A stretch of DNA of 64,000 nt, from contig BPJL01000007.1 of NCBI GenBank assembly GCA_026004595.1, forward strand, positions 12,460-76,459. The letters run 5' to 3'. The position numbers were made by a program, and so were the translations under genes. Numbering within the stretch: position 1 is the first letter of the stretch; every line of letters starts with the position of its first letter. The notes under the pieces are model-generated. The model made no database searches, was not told the DNA's origin, and saw only the letters and a program-made list of their open reading frames with translations. This DNA comes from Patescibacteria group bacterium. Lineage in GTDB: Bacteria; Patescibacteriota; WWE3; UBA101185; UBA10185. This document shows, piece by piece, positions 30,435 through 40,167 of this stretch.

Positions 30435-30839
30435 TCAACAAAACCAGATTATACTAGTAAAGTATGTTAACCAGATAAGCAGTGGTAATGTTGAAACTCT
30501 TCTATTGTTATCATTCCATGCCAGTTTAAGTGAAAAAAGTGTTGTGATGATAGACGAGAGCAAAAAGTAAGACGATATTTTAATCTGCTTGATAGAAAGA
30601 AAATAAAAAGACAAGATAATAAGAACTGTCGTGATGAAAAAGGTTGAGTTAGGAAACGACGAGTAAGAATAGAGAAAATAGCCCATGAAAAAGCTTGTTA
30701 TCAACAGAGAAGTTGAGTTTCCCCACTCTGGTTTATGAATGCTTTCCCACCAGTCCATTTTATCAAACATTAGGGAAAAGATGATAAGAGAGACCACTAC
30801 GGTTATAACCATGTGTATTATTAGATTTTTAGCACTCAT
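30435..30839 (-). CDS. TspO/MBR-like multi-pass membrane protein
   Basis: WWESIHKPEW after TM1 (cf. WYxxLxKPxW) and LPLLIWLTY at the C-terminus (cf. LxPYxxWxxF); ~5 hydrophobic segments. Confidence 0.65.
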   Translation of the reverse strand: MSAKNLIIHMVITVVVSLIIFSLMFDKMDWWESIHKPEWGNSTSLLITSFFMGYFLYSYSSFPNSTFFITTVLIILSFYFLSIKQIKISSYFLLSSIITTLFSLKLAWNDNNRRVSTLPLLIWLTYFTSIIWFC

Positions 30840-30876
30840 TTTAAGTGAAATCAAGTTGTTTTGTAAAAGTAGACAA

Positions 30877-33800
30877 ATGAGAACAATAAACGACTACCAA
30901 CAGCAAACACTTTACTCAAAGTGTCTGTCTGATCCTGACCTTTTTATAGGCGACAGTTCAAAGGAGAAAAGAACGGTTTTCCTATTTGACTTTAAAAGGT
31001 TTTACCCAACTGAGATAACACTGCCTCCCTGTATTGAAAGGCTTTACCTTGAAATACTTTCCAATGCCGGGGACAACGTTGAAGCGACTCGTCAAATGGG
31101 GCGTGATCCAGGCGTGATAGATATTCACATGGACTCAAAAAGAATAAAAATAGTGAACGGCGGGGAACCGATACCACTCGACCCAATGAAAGACGGACGC
31201 TTTGTACCCGAGATGATATTTGGTACCCTTTTAACATCATCTAACTACGACACGAAAAAAGTTAGAATAGGCGTCGGCAAAAACGGTCTCGGTGCTAAGT
31301 TAGCCAACATTTTCTCGTCTTATTTTCATGTTGAAGTCGGTGATAAAAAAAGAAACAGAAGGTGGGCTGGGACTTGGAAAAATAACATGACAGAAAAGGA
31401 GATAAGCGTTGAAGAAAACTACACCGGAGAGGACTATGTGTTAGTCGAGTACGAACTAGACTTTCCCCGCTTTGGTTACGACTGTTACCCGGCTGAAACG
31501 GAGCAGCTTTTCGCTCGTCACGCCGCCGACGTCGCTTTAACATGTAAAGTACCCGTTTACTTTAACGGTAACCTTCTTAAGTTTAAAAGCATAAAAGAGT
31601 ACTCTAAGTTTATTTGGGAAGAGGAGAAAAGAAGCCTCTATTATCATGATGATACGACTGAAGCGCTGTTTGTTGACACGCCTGACGACGCTGTTGTCTT
31701 CTCTTACGTTAACGGCTTAATGGTTGAAGGGGGAGTACACGTTAACGCTGCCTACAAAAGCTTCGCTGACCTTATAGGTGAAACGGTGAAAACTGTAAAG
31801 CGAAACGTGTCACTAGTGATAAGCTGTCGTCTGCCTAACCCAAAGTTTAGAGGACAAACAAAGGAGTACTTAACCTCTCCAAAGCCCAGTATAGTATTCC
31901 CAAAAAACACTAAAGTTGACTGGGGGTTCAGTGTAAAGGTGCCAAAGTTAACAAAAAGGGTGTTAATAGAAAAGGGAATTGACGCAAACGATGCTGGTGG
32001 ACCAAAGTCCTCCGAGTGCGTGCTGTACATCGTCGAGGGTAACTCCGCCGCCTCTTACCCCAAAAAGAGAATATCAATGATGGAAGGAAACAAGGATAAG
32101 TCCGGTTACTATCCGATCAGGGGAAAGTTTCCAAACGTTTCTAAAATCTCAAAAACACAACTTAGCAACAACAAGGAAATAAAGGAGATAAAGCTTCTTC
32201 TCGGGCTTAAGGACGGAATAAAGTACGAAAAAGACGAGGAGATAGCAAGTCTAAGGTACGGGCTTATCGTGTTAACAACTGACATGGACTCAGACGGAAC
32301 ACACATAAGAACTTTACTGTTAAACTTTTTCAATCAGTACCCGGGAATAATAAAGCGTGGAATGCTCTGTTACCTTATGACTTTTGCTGTACGCCTTTTT
32401 GACGGTAAAAAGCCAGTGTTACGCTTTGCTACTGAACAGGAGTTTGAACAGTGGCAACGTGAGAACCCTAATCACAGGTACAAGGTTAAGTACTACAAGG
32501 GACTTGGTACGTCAAGGGACTCAGACATAAGGGACGACATTGACAACGCTCCGCTTATTTTTTGTCTTTATGACGACAGTACTGATAACAGTCTTAACAT
32601 TGCTTTTGGTAAAGGGTTGGCGGACTTAAGGAAGGATTGGCTAGCGAAGTGGAGAAGCTTTTTCAGAAACCCAGAAATAAAGTTTTTACCAACATCAAAG
32701 CTTATAGGAGTAAGAACAATAACCGACATAATAAACAAAGACCTTATACAGTACACAATTGACTCACTTTTCCGTTCCATACCGTCGGTGTATGACTTTC
32801 TTAAGAAGTCACAGAGACAGTCGCTTTATTACATGTTAACCCATTGGCGTTACGGTAAGTCAAGACAGGGCTCAGTTAAAGTTGACAGAATTGCTGCTGG
32901 TGTAGCCCAGTTGACAAAGTATCACCACGGCCCAAAGTCAATGGTTGACACTATAATCAGAATGTGCCAGTCGTTCGTTGGGTCAAACAACCTTCCTTAC
33001 TACCGCGAGGAAGGGCAGATGGGAACGAGAGACGCCGGAGGTGACGATGCGGCCGACGCCAGGTACTCAGAAACAATGCCACACGACTGGCTCTATGAAG
33101 TTATAGACGAGGAATTGGTTGAACTGGTGCCAAAGAGAATAGTAGACGGAGAGGAAGCCGAACCCGTTTTCATACCCTGTGACATACCGGTTGGTATCAT
33201 CAACGGCTTTACGGGAATGGCGACTGGTCACTCCTGTTTCTGTCCTCCTCACTCACCAAAACAGGTAGTAGAGTACCTTAAACTACTTTGTCAGGGAAAA
33301 GAACCTAAACCGCTTTACCCCTTTTACAAGGGCTTTAAGGGTGATGTTATAGTTAATGGTAAAAAAGTGATAACCAGGGGAAAGTTTGTTTCTAAAAGGG
33401 TAGGTAAAAGGGTTGACGTTGTTATCACGGAACTTCCAATACAGCGCTGGACAGAGGACTATCACCGTTGGCTTCAGTCTTTACAAAAAGAAAACAGGAT
33501 AAAAAGCTTTAGAGACAACTCAACTGTCGACGACATACTGTTTACAATTAAGGGTGTTAACTTTCCGGTTGACTATGATTCACTGAGGCTACAGACCATG
33601 TTTAACTATAATATCACACTGATAGACAACGAAGGCTTTCCCATCAAGTTTGATACTGTAGAACAGGCAATCAGGGTCTACTTCGAAAACATGCTAAATT
33701 TGTACGAGAAATACAGAAACCATAAGATAGAACAGTTTAGAAAAAAGTTAAACGATTATGATAAGATGATACTTTTTATAGAAAAGGTTATATCAGGTGA

Positions 33801-34035
33801 AATAAAGGTTTTTAAACAGAGTATAAATCAGATACACAATCAGATGGAAAGCTTTGATATTCCAAAGCACATTCTCCCCAAGGTGAAACTAACCGACTTA
33901 ACTAAAGAGAGAATAGAAGAGCTTTTCAAACAGAAAGAAGAGGCTGAGAAAAAGCTTAACTACTTCGAAAACAGTACAGCAAACAGCCTTTGGCTCGAAC
34001 GGCTTGAAAGACTTTGTGAAAAGGGGTTTTTTTAA
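30877..34035 (+). CDS. top2: type IIA DNA topoisomerase
   Basis: GHKL EILSNAGD, TSSNYD, GKNGLGAKLANIFS; Toprim EGNSA, PIRGK, DMDSDG; YYKGLGTS; YHHG; catalytic DARY. ATG at 30877. Confidence 0.95.
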   Translation: MRTINDYQQQTLYSKCLSDPDLFIGDSSKEKRTVFLFDFKRFYPTEITLPPCIERLYLEILSNAGDNVEATRQMGRDPGVIDIHMDSKRIKIVNGGEPIPLDPMKDGRFVPEMIFGTLLTSSNYDTKKVRIGVGKNGLGAKLANIFSSYFHVEVGDKKRNRRWAGTWKNNMTEKEISVEENYTGEDYVLVEYELDFPRFGYDCYPAETEQLFARHAADVALTCKVPVYFNGNLLKFKSIKEYSKFIWEEEKRSLYYHDDTTEALFVDTPDDAVVFSYVNGLMVEGGVHVNAAYKSFADLIGETVKTVKRNVSLVISCRLPNPKFRGQTKEYLTSPKPSIVFPKNTKVDWGFSVKVPKLTKRVLIEKGIDANDAGGPKSSECVLYIVEGNSAASYPKKRISMMEGNKDKSGYYPIRGKFPNVSKISKTQLSNNKEIKEIKLLLGLKDGIKYEKDEEIASLRYGLIVLTTDMDSDGTHIRTLLLNFFNQYPGIIKRGMLCYLMTFAVRLFDGKKPVLRFATEQEFEQWQRENPNHRYKVKYYKGLGTSRDSDIRDDIDNAPLIFCLYDDSTDNSLNIAFGKGLADLRKDWLAKWRSFFRNPEIKFLPTSKLIGVRTITDIINKDLIQYTIDSLFRSIPSVYDFLKKSQRQSLYYMLTHWRYGKSRQGSVKVDRIAAGVAQLTKYHHGPKSMVDTIIRMCQSFVGSNNLPYYREEGQMGTRDAGGDDAADARYSETMPHDWLYEVIDEELVELVPKRIVDGEEAEPVFIPCDIPVGIINGFTGMATGHSCFCPPHSPKQVVEYLKLLCQGKEPKPLYPFYKGFKGDVIVNGKKVITRGKFVSKRVGKRVDVVITELPIQRWTEDYHRWLQSLQKENRIKSFRDNSTVDDILFTIKGVNFPVDYDSLRLQTMFNYNITLIDNEGFPIKFDTVEQAIRVYFENMLNLYEKYRNHKIEQFRKKLNDYDKMILFIEKVISGEIKVFKQSINQIHNQMESFDIPKHILPKVKLTDLTKERIEELFKQKEEAEKKLNYFENSTANSLWLERLERLCEKGFF

Positions 34036-34047
34036 CCTTTTTAAAAA

Positions 34048-34668
34048 ATGTTTAAGGTAAAAGTTTTAAAAAAGAGTGCTATAGACACTTCAATTCTAAA
34101 GAAAAGAAAGGTACACTTTACCTCCAGTGATATAAAGCCGTTCGCCGACCAAAAGCTTGAGTGGAAAAACGAGGAACTGCCTGATGAACTAAAGAAGCTT
34201 TGCGAACAGGTTAAGTTAATTTTCTCTTTACAGGACGAGGTAAAGGGCTATAACGTACGTTTCATTCCCCCATCAAGGACTGTTAACAGGGGTAAGACTG
34301 TAATCATAGAAAAGGCCACCGGAATGACTGTTTGCTCTAGGGTTGTCATAACACTTGGCTCAATGGAGTCAATTGGTTTAAGGCTAGAGAACGAGGAAGC
34401 GGAAGTTGTAATTCCTTCTAACTCGGGCTTTCAAATTCCACTGTTTATGGTAGCAGCGTTTGATATAAAAGTTGATGACAAAGACAGCTTTAAAATAAAA
34501 ATCGGTTCTAAAGAGAAAACAGTTGCAAAAAGACCAAACAGACGCTACATAATGGTGATAGACTTTCTAACCAACGACACAACTCTTAACAACGTTTTAA
34601 CAAAGTCTGGTTTATCGGAAAATACAATCAAGGCAATTAGAAGAAACCTTTTTGACAAAGGCAAATGA
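34048..34668 (+). CDS. hypothetical protein
   Basis: 206-aa ORF with AAAAATG start; its 3' end is duplicated at ~36765-36880. Confidence 0.75.
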   Translation: MFKVKVLKKSAIDTSILKKRKVHFTSSDIKPFADQKLEWKNEELPDELKKLCEQVKLIFSLQDEVKGYNVRFIPPSRTVNRGKTVIIEKATGMTVCSRVVITLGSMESIGLRLENEEAEVVIPSNSGFQIPLFMVAAFDIKVDDKDSFKIKIGSKEKTVAKRPNRRYIMVIDFLTNDTTLNNVLTKSGLSENTIKAIRRNLFDKGK

Positions 34669-34699
34669 TTGTTTTTTTAAAAAAAAGACAAGCCAAAAA

Positions 34700-36742
34700 A
34701 TGGATAAAATAAAACTACCAAAAGACAGCACAGGGTACTTTAGTGGTAAAAGAATAACAAACGAGTTAATTAAAAAATATGACGCTTCCCAAGTTGAGAT
34801 AATGAACGACATTTTCAAAGATGCAACGTTCGAAGACGTTGACTTAAACTCTTGGGACGTATCAAGGGTTAAGTCGATGAAGGGTGCTTTTATGAACAGT
34901 TTGGGAACCGTAAACATCTCACAGTGGAACGTGTCAAAGGTAAGGGACATGAGTCACATGTTTAAAAACTCGTCTTTTAATGGCGACATTTCAAATTGGG
35001 ACGTGTCAAACGTGAGAAACATGAGCTTTATGTTCTGTAAAACAAAGTTTAACAGCGATATATCACATTGGAATGTTTCAAACGTTAGGTTTATGATTGG
35101 CATGTTCACTGAGTCGGAATTCAACGGCGACATATCACGTTGGAATGTTTCAAACGTGATAAGCATGAGACAAATGTTCACTATGTCAAAGTTTAACGGA
35201 GACATATCACGTTGGAACGTTTCAAACGTGAAAAACATGTCGTCCATGTTCGCCCGTTCACAGTTTAACAGGGACATATCAGATTGGAACGTTTCAAAGG
35301 TAAGGGATATGAGCTACATGTTTTATCAATCACGTTTCAACGGAGACGTTTCAAATTGGAATGTTTCGAACGTGAGAAACATGATTCGCATGTTCTGTAG
35401 GTCTGATTTTAACAGTAACATTTCAAATTGGGACGTGTCAAACGTGAGAAACATGAGCAGTTTGTTTGAATCAACAAAGTTTAATGGAGACATATCAAAA
35501 TGGAACGTGTCGAAAGTGAGAAACATGAGTCGCATGTTCTGTAGGTCTGATTTTAACAGGGACATTTCAAATTGGAACGTGTCAAACGTGAGGAACATGA
35601 TCGATTTGTTTGGAGGATCAAAGTTTAATGGAGACATATCACGGTGGGACGTGTCAAACGTGATAGACATGAGCTTTATGTTCTGTAAATCAAAGTTCGA
35701 TGGAGACATTTCAAATTGGAACGTGTCAAACGTGATAGACATGAGATATATGTTTTATGAATCAAAGTTCGATGGAGACATTTCAAATTGGAACGTGTCG
35801 AACGTGAGAAACATGAGCTGTATGTTTTATGGATCAAAGTTCGATGGAGACATATCAAAATGGAACGTGTCGAACGTAAGGGACATGAGTCGCATGTTCT
35901 GTAGGTCTGTTTTTAACAGGGACATTTCAAATTGGGACGTGTCAAACGTGAGGTACATGAGATTTATGTTTGATAACTCGTCTTTTAATGGCGACATATC
36001 ACGGTGGGACGTGTCGAACGTGAGAGACATGAGCTTTATGTTTTACGGATCAAAGTTCGATGGAGACATTTCAAATTGGAACGTGTCGAACGTGAGAAAC
36101 ATGAGCTGTATGTTTTATAAATCAAAGTTCGATGGAGACATTTCAAATTGGAACGTGTCGAAAGTGAAGGACATGAGTAGCATGTTCTGTAGGTCTGTTT
36201 TTAACAGGGACATTTCAAATTGGGACGTGTCAAACGTGAGGGACATGAGTCACATGTTTGATAACTCGTCTTTTAATGGCGACATATCACGGTGGGACGT
36301 GTCGAACGTGAGAGACATGAGCTTTATGTTTTACGGATCAAAGTTCGATGGAGACATTTCAAATTGGAACGTGTCAAACGTATGGGGTATGAGTCACATG
36401 TTTTATGAATCAAAGTTCGATGGAGACATTTCAAATTGGAACGTGTCAAACGTGATAGACATGAGCCATATGTTTCATGAATCAAAGTTCGATGGAGACA
36501 TTTCAAATTGGAACGTGTCGAACGTAAGGGATATGAGTCACATGTTTGCTCTTTCGAGGTTCGACGATGACATATCCAAATGGGACGTTTCAAACGTCGA
36601 AGACATGAGCTATATGTTCTTTCAATCAAAGTTCAACGGCGATATATCACGGTGGAACGTTTCAAACGTGAAAAACATGACCAACATGTTCCTTCTTTCG
36701 GATTTCAACGGCCACTTTTCACCTAGAATATCTCAAACGTGA
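34700..36742 (+). CDS. DUF285/BspA-like repeat protein 1 (26 x 24-aa repeats)
   Basis: W(N/D)VSNVxxMxxMFxxSxF(N/D)GDISx repeats; Trp codons from 34853 to 36653 span 25 x 72 nt. ATG 34700. Confidence 0.92.
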   Translation: MDKIKLPKDSTGYFSGKRITNELIKKYDASQVEIMNDIFKDATFEDVDLNSWDVSRVKSMKGAFMNSLGTVNISQWNVSKVRDMSHMFKNSSFNGDISNWDVSNVRNMSFMFCKTKFNSDISHWNVSNVRFMIGMFTESEFNGDISRWNVSNVISMRQMFTMSKFNGDISRWNVSNVKNMSSMFARSQFNRDISDWNVSKVRDMSYMFYQSRFNGDVSNWNVSNVRNMIRMFCRSDFNSNISNWDVSNVRNMSSLFESTKFNGDISKWNVSKVRNMSRMFCRSDFNRDISNWNVSNVRNMIDLFGGSKFNGDISRWDVSNVIDMSFMFCKSKFDGDISNWNVSNVIDMRYMFYESKFDGDISNWNVSNVRNMSCMFYGSKFDGDISKWNVSNVRDMSRMFCRSVFNRDISNWDVSNVRYMRFMFDNSSFNGDISRWDVSNVRDMSFMFYGSKFDGDISNWNVSNVRNMSCMFYKSKFDGDISNWNVSKVKDMSSMFCRSVFNRDISNWDVSNVRDMSHMFDNSSFNGDISRWDVSNVRDMSFMFYGSKFDGDISNWNVSNVWGMSHMFYESKFDGDISNWNVSNVIDMSHMFHESKFDGDISNWNVSNVRDMSHMFALSRFDDDISKWDVSNVEDMSYMFFQSKFNGDISRWNVSNVKNMTNMFLLSDFNGHFSPRISQT

Positions 36743-36912
36743 AGGCTTGGATCAGGTTGAAACTATGCAAAAAGACCAAACAGACGCTACATAATGGTGA
36801 TAGACTTTCTAACCAACGACACAACTCTTAACAACGTTTTAACAAAGTCTGGTTTATCGGAAAATACAATCAAGGCAAATGATTGTTTTTAAAAAAAAGA
36901 CAAGCCAAAAAA

Positions 36913-39801
36913 ATGGATAAAATAAAACTACCAAAAGACAGTACAGGGTACTTTAGTGGTAAAAGAATAACAAACGAGTTAATTGAAAAATATGACGCTT
37001 CCCAAGTTGAGATAATGGACGACATTTTCAAAGATGCAACGTTTTCGAACGTTGACTTAAACTCGTGGGACGTATCAAGGGTTAAGTCAATGAAGGGTGC
37101 TTTTATGAACAGTTTGGGAACCGTAAACATCTCACAGTGGAACGTGTCAAACGTGAGGGACATGAGTCACATGTTTGAAAACTCGTCTTTTAATGGCGAC
37201 ATATCACAGTGGGACGTGTCAAACGTGAGAAACATGAGCTTTATGTTCTGTAAATCAAAGTTTAACAGCGATATATCACATTGGAATGTTTCAAACGTTA
37301 GGTTTATGATTGGCGTGTTCACTGAGTCGGTATTCACAGGCGACATATCCAACTGGGACGTTTCAAACGTCGAAGACATGAGACAGATGTTTGCTGAATC
37401 AAAGTTTAACGGGGACATATCACGCTGGAACGTTTCAAACGTGAAAAACATGTCGTCCATGTTCTGTAGGTCTGTTTTTAACAGGGACATATCAGATTGG
37501 AACGTTTCAAACGTAAGGGATATGAGCTACATGTTTTATATATCAAGTTTCAACGGAGACATTTCAAATTGGAATGTTTCGAACGTGAGAAACATGAGCT
37601 ATATGTTCCATGGATCAAAGTTTGAAGGAAACATATCACGATGGGACGTTTCAAATGTAAAAGATATGAGCGGTTTGTTTGAAGGAGCAAAGTTTAATGG
37701 AGACATATCAAAATGGAACGTGTCGAAAGTGAGGGACATGAGTCGCATGTTCTGTGGGTCTGTTTTTAACAGGAACATTTCAAATTGGAACGTGTCAAAC
37801 GTGAGGGACATGAGTCACATGTTTGATAACTCGTCTTTTAATGGAGACATATCACGGTGGGACGTGTCGAACGTGAGAGACATGAGCTTTATGTTTTACG
37901 GATCAAAGTTCGATGGAGACATTTCAAATTGGAACGTGTCAAACGTGATAGACATGAGATATATGTTTTATGAATCAAAGTTCGATGGAGACATTTCAAA
38001 TTGGAACGTGTCGAACGTAGGGGATATGAGTCACATGTTTGCTCTTTCGAGGTTCAACGGTGACATATCCAACTGGGACGTTTCAAACGTCGAAGACATG
38101 ATCTATATGTTCTATCAATCAAAGTTCAACGGCGATATATCACGGTGGAACGTTTCAAACGTGAAAAACATGTCGTCCATGTTCGCCCATTCACAGTTTA
38201 ACAGGGACATATCAGATTGGAACGTTTCAAACGTAAGGGATATGAGCTACATGTTTTATGAATCAAGTTTCAACGGAGACATTTCAAATTGGAATGTTTC
38301 TAACGTGAGAAACATGAGCCATATGTTCCATGGATCAAAGTTTGAAGGAAACATATCACGATGGGACGTGTCGAAAGTGATGGACATGAGTCGCATGTTC
38401 TGTTGGTCCGTTTTTAACAGGAACATTTCAAATTGGAACGTGTCAAACGTGAGGAACATGAGTCACATGTTTTATAACTCGTCTTTTAATGGCGACATAT
38501 CACGGTGGGACGTGTCAAACGTGAGAAACATGAGCTATATGTTCTGTGAATCAAAGTTCGATGGAGACATTTCAAATTGGAACGTGTCAAACGTGAGAGA
38601 CATGAGCTTTATGTTCTGTAAATCAAAGTTCGATGGCGACATATCACGGTGGGACGTGTCAAACGTGATAGACATGAGCCATATGTTTCATGAATCAGAG
38701 TTCGATGGAGACATTTCAAATTGGAACGTGTCAAACGTGATAGACATGAGCCATATGTTTCATGAATCAAAGTTCGATGGAGACATTTCAAATTGGAACG
38801 TGTCGAACGTAAGGGATATGAGTCACATGTTTGCTCTTTCGAGGTTCAACGGTGACATATCCAACTGGGACGTTTCAAACGTGACAAACATGAGACAAAT
38901 GTTCAATATGTCAAAGTTTAACGGGGACATATCACGCTGGAACGTTTCAAACGTGAAAAACATGTCGTCCATGTTCACTAAATCACAGTTTAACAGGGAC
39001 ATATCAGATTGGAATGTTTCAAACGTAAGGGATATGAGCTACATGTTTTATGAATCAAGTTTCAACGGAGACATTTCAAATTGGAATGTTTCGAACGTGA
39101 GAAACATGAGCCATATGTTCCATGGATCAAAGTTTAATGGAGACATATCACGATGGAACGTGTCGAAAGTGAGGGACATGAGTCACATGTTCTGTAGGTC
39201 TGTTTTTAACAGGGACATTTCAAATTGGAACGTGTCAAACGTGAGGGACATGAGTCACATGTTTGATAACTCGTCTTTTAATGGAGACATATCACGGTGG
39301 GACGTGTCAAACGTGAGAGACATGAACTATATGTTTTATGAATCAGAGTTCGATGGAGACATTTCAAATTGGAACGTGTCAAACGTGAGGGACATGATCT
39401 GTATGTTCTGTAGATCTGTTTTTAACAGGGACATTTCAAATTGGGACGTGTCAAACGTGAGGGTCATGAGTAACATGTTTGATAACTCGTCTTTTAATGG
39501 CGACATATCACGGTGGGACGTGTCAAACGTGAGAAACATGAGCTATATGTTCTGTGAATCAAAGTTCGATGGAGACATTTCAAATTGGAACGTGTCAAAC
39601 GTGAGGGACATGAGCTTTATGTTTGCTCTTTCGAGGTTCGACGATGACATATCCAACTGGGACGTTTCAAACGTCAAAGACATGAGCTATATGTTCTATC
39701 AATCAAAGTTCAACGGCGATATATCACGGTGGAACACTTCAAAAGTCGAAGACATGACCGACATGTTCCTTCTTTCGGATTTCAACGGCCTTTTCATCTA
39801 G
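36913..39801 (+). CDS. DUF285/BspA-like repeat protein 2 (38 x 24-aa repeats)
   Basis: Same N-cap (MDKIKLPKDSTGYF) and repeat; Trp codons from 37066 to 39730 span 37 x 72 nt. ATG 36913. Confidence 0.92.
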   Translation: MDKIKLPKDSTGYFSGKRITNELIEKYDASQVEIMDDIFKDATFSNVDLNSWDVSRVKSMKGAFMNSLGTVNISQWNVSNVRDMSHMFENSSFNGDISQWDVSNVRNMSFMFCKSKFNSDISHWNVSNVRFMIGVFTESVFTGDISNWDVSNVEDMRQMFAESKFNGDISRWNVSNVKNMSSMFCRSVFNRDISDWNVSNVRDMSYMFYISSFNGDISNWNVSNVRNMSYMFHGSKFEGNISRWDVSNVKDMSGLFEGAKFNGDISKWNVSKVRDMSRMFCGSVFNRNISNWNVSNVRDMSHMFDNSSFNGDISRWDVSNVRDMSFMFYGSKFDGDISNWNVSNVIDMRYMFYESKFDGDISNWNVSNVGDMSHMFALSRFNGDISNWDVSNVEDMIYMFYQSKFNGDISRWNVSNVKNMSSMFAHSQFNRDISDWNVSNVRDMSYMFYESSFNGDISNWNVSNVRNMSHMFHGSKFEGNISRWDVSKVMDMSRMFCWSVFNRNISNWNVSNVRNMSHMFYNSSFNGDISRWDVSNVRNMSYMFCESKFDGDISNWNVSNVRDMSFMFCKSKFDGDISRWDVSNVIDMSHMFHESEFDGDISNWNVSNVIDMSHMFHESKFDGDISNWNVSNVRDMSHMFALSRFNGDISNWDVSNVTNMRQMFNMSKFNGDISRWNVSNVKNMSSMFTKSQFNRDISDWNVSNVRDMSYMFYESSFNGDISNWNVSNVRNMSHMFHGSKFNGDISRWNVSKVRDMSHMFCRSVFNRDISNWNVSNVRDMSHMFDNSSFNGDISRWDVSNVRDMNYMFYESEFDGDISNWNVSNVRDMICMFCRSVFNRDISNWDVSNVRVMSNMFDNSSFNGDISRWDVSNVRNMSYMFCESKFDGDISNWNVSNVRDMSFMFALSRFDDDISNWDVSNVKDMSYMFYQSKFNGDISRWNTSKVEDMTDMFLLSDFNGLFI

Positions 39802-39902
39802 AATATCTCAAACGTGAAGGCTTGGATCAGGTTGAAACTATGCAAAAAATCACGATTAAACGGCTTTACTAGTGAATACAAAACAATCCGCGTGTTTGTA
39901 AA

Positions 39903-40140
39903 ATGGTTAAAAAACCGGTTGAAAAGCTTCCAAAGGACTCTACTGGGTTCTTTATTAACAAAATTATAACTAAAAGTCTGATAAAAAAGTACGATGCTTC
40001 TCGGACCAAATTTTGTCGAAGAGGTTGACTTAACATTAGGGATATGTTAAGTCATTAAGAGGAGCCTTTTTCGAAGCAAGGGGTAAGACACCCGATGGGT
40101 TGCACCAAGATTGAGAAAAGCTGCTTAGATGTTTAACATG
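39903..40140 (+). pseudogene. decayed third DUF285-family paralog (N-cap remnant)
   Basis: MVKKPVEKLPKDSTGFFINKIITKSLIKKYDAS, then frameshifted EEVDL and VKSLRGAF fragments matching the paralogs' KLPKDSTGYF..KKYDAS..EDVDL..VKSMKGAF. Confidence 0.75.
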
Positions 40141-40167
40141 TCAATCGACAACAGCGATTCGTCTGAC

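Larger units (their letters stand above)
34524..39848 (+). repeat. tandem segmental duplication containing both DUF285 genes
   Basis: The 5' flank 34524-34700 recurs at 36765-36913; the 3' flank CTAGAATATCTCAAACGTGAAGGCTTGGATCAGGTTGAAACTATGCAAAA occurs at ~36723 and ~39798. Confidence 0.9.

Noticed and set aside
30739-30876. N-terminal extension of topoisomerase II in the ORF track
   Set aside because: It overlaps the TspO-like gene on the opposite strand; ATG 30877 matches the expected start of the GHKL domain.
34048-34668. AlkB/2OG-Fe(II) oxygenase resemblance
   Set aside because: Only a vague strand pattern; no HxD...H iron ligands.
34612-39539. Minus-strand ORFs over the DUF285 genes
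   Set aside because: Antisense shadows of the 72-nt repeats.
34700-39801. Diversity-generating retroelement acting on the DUF285 repeats
   Set aside because: No reverse transcriptase in the window, no template/variable repeat pair, and substitutions are not visibly adenine-restricted.
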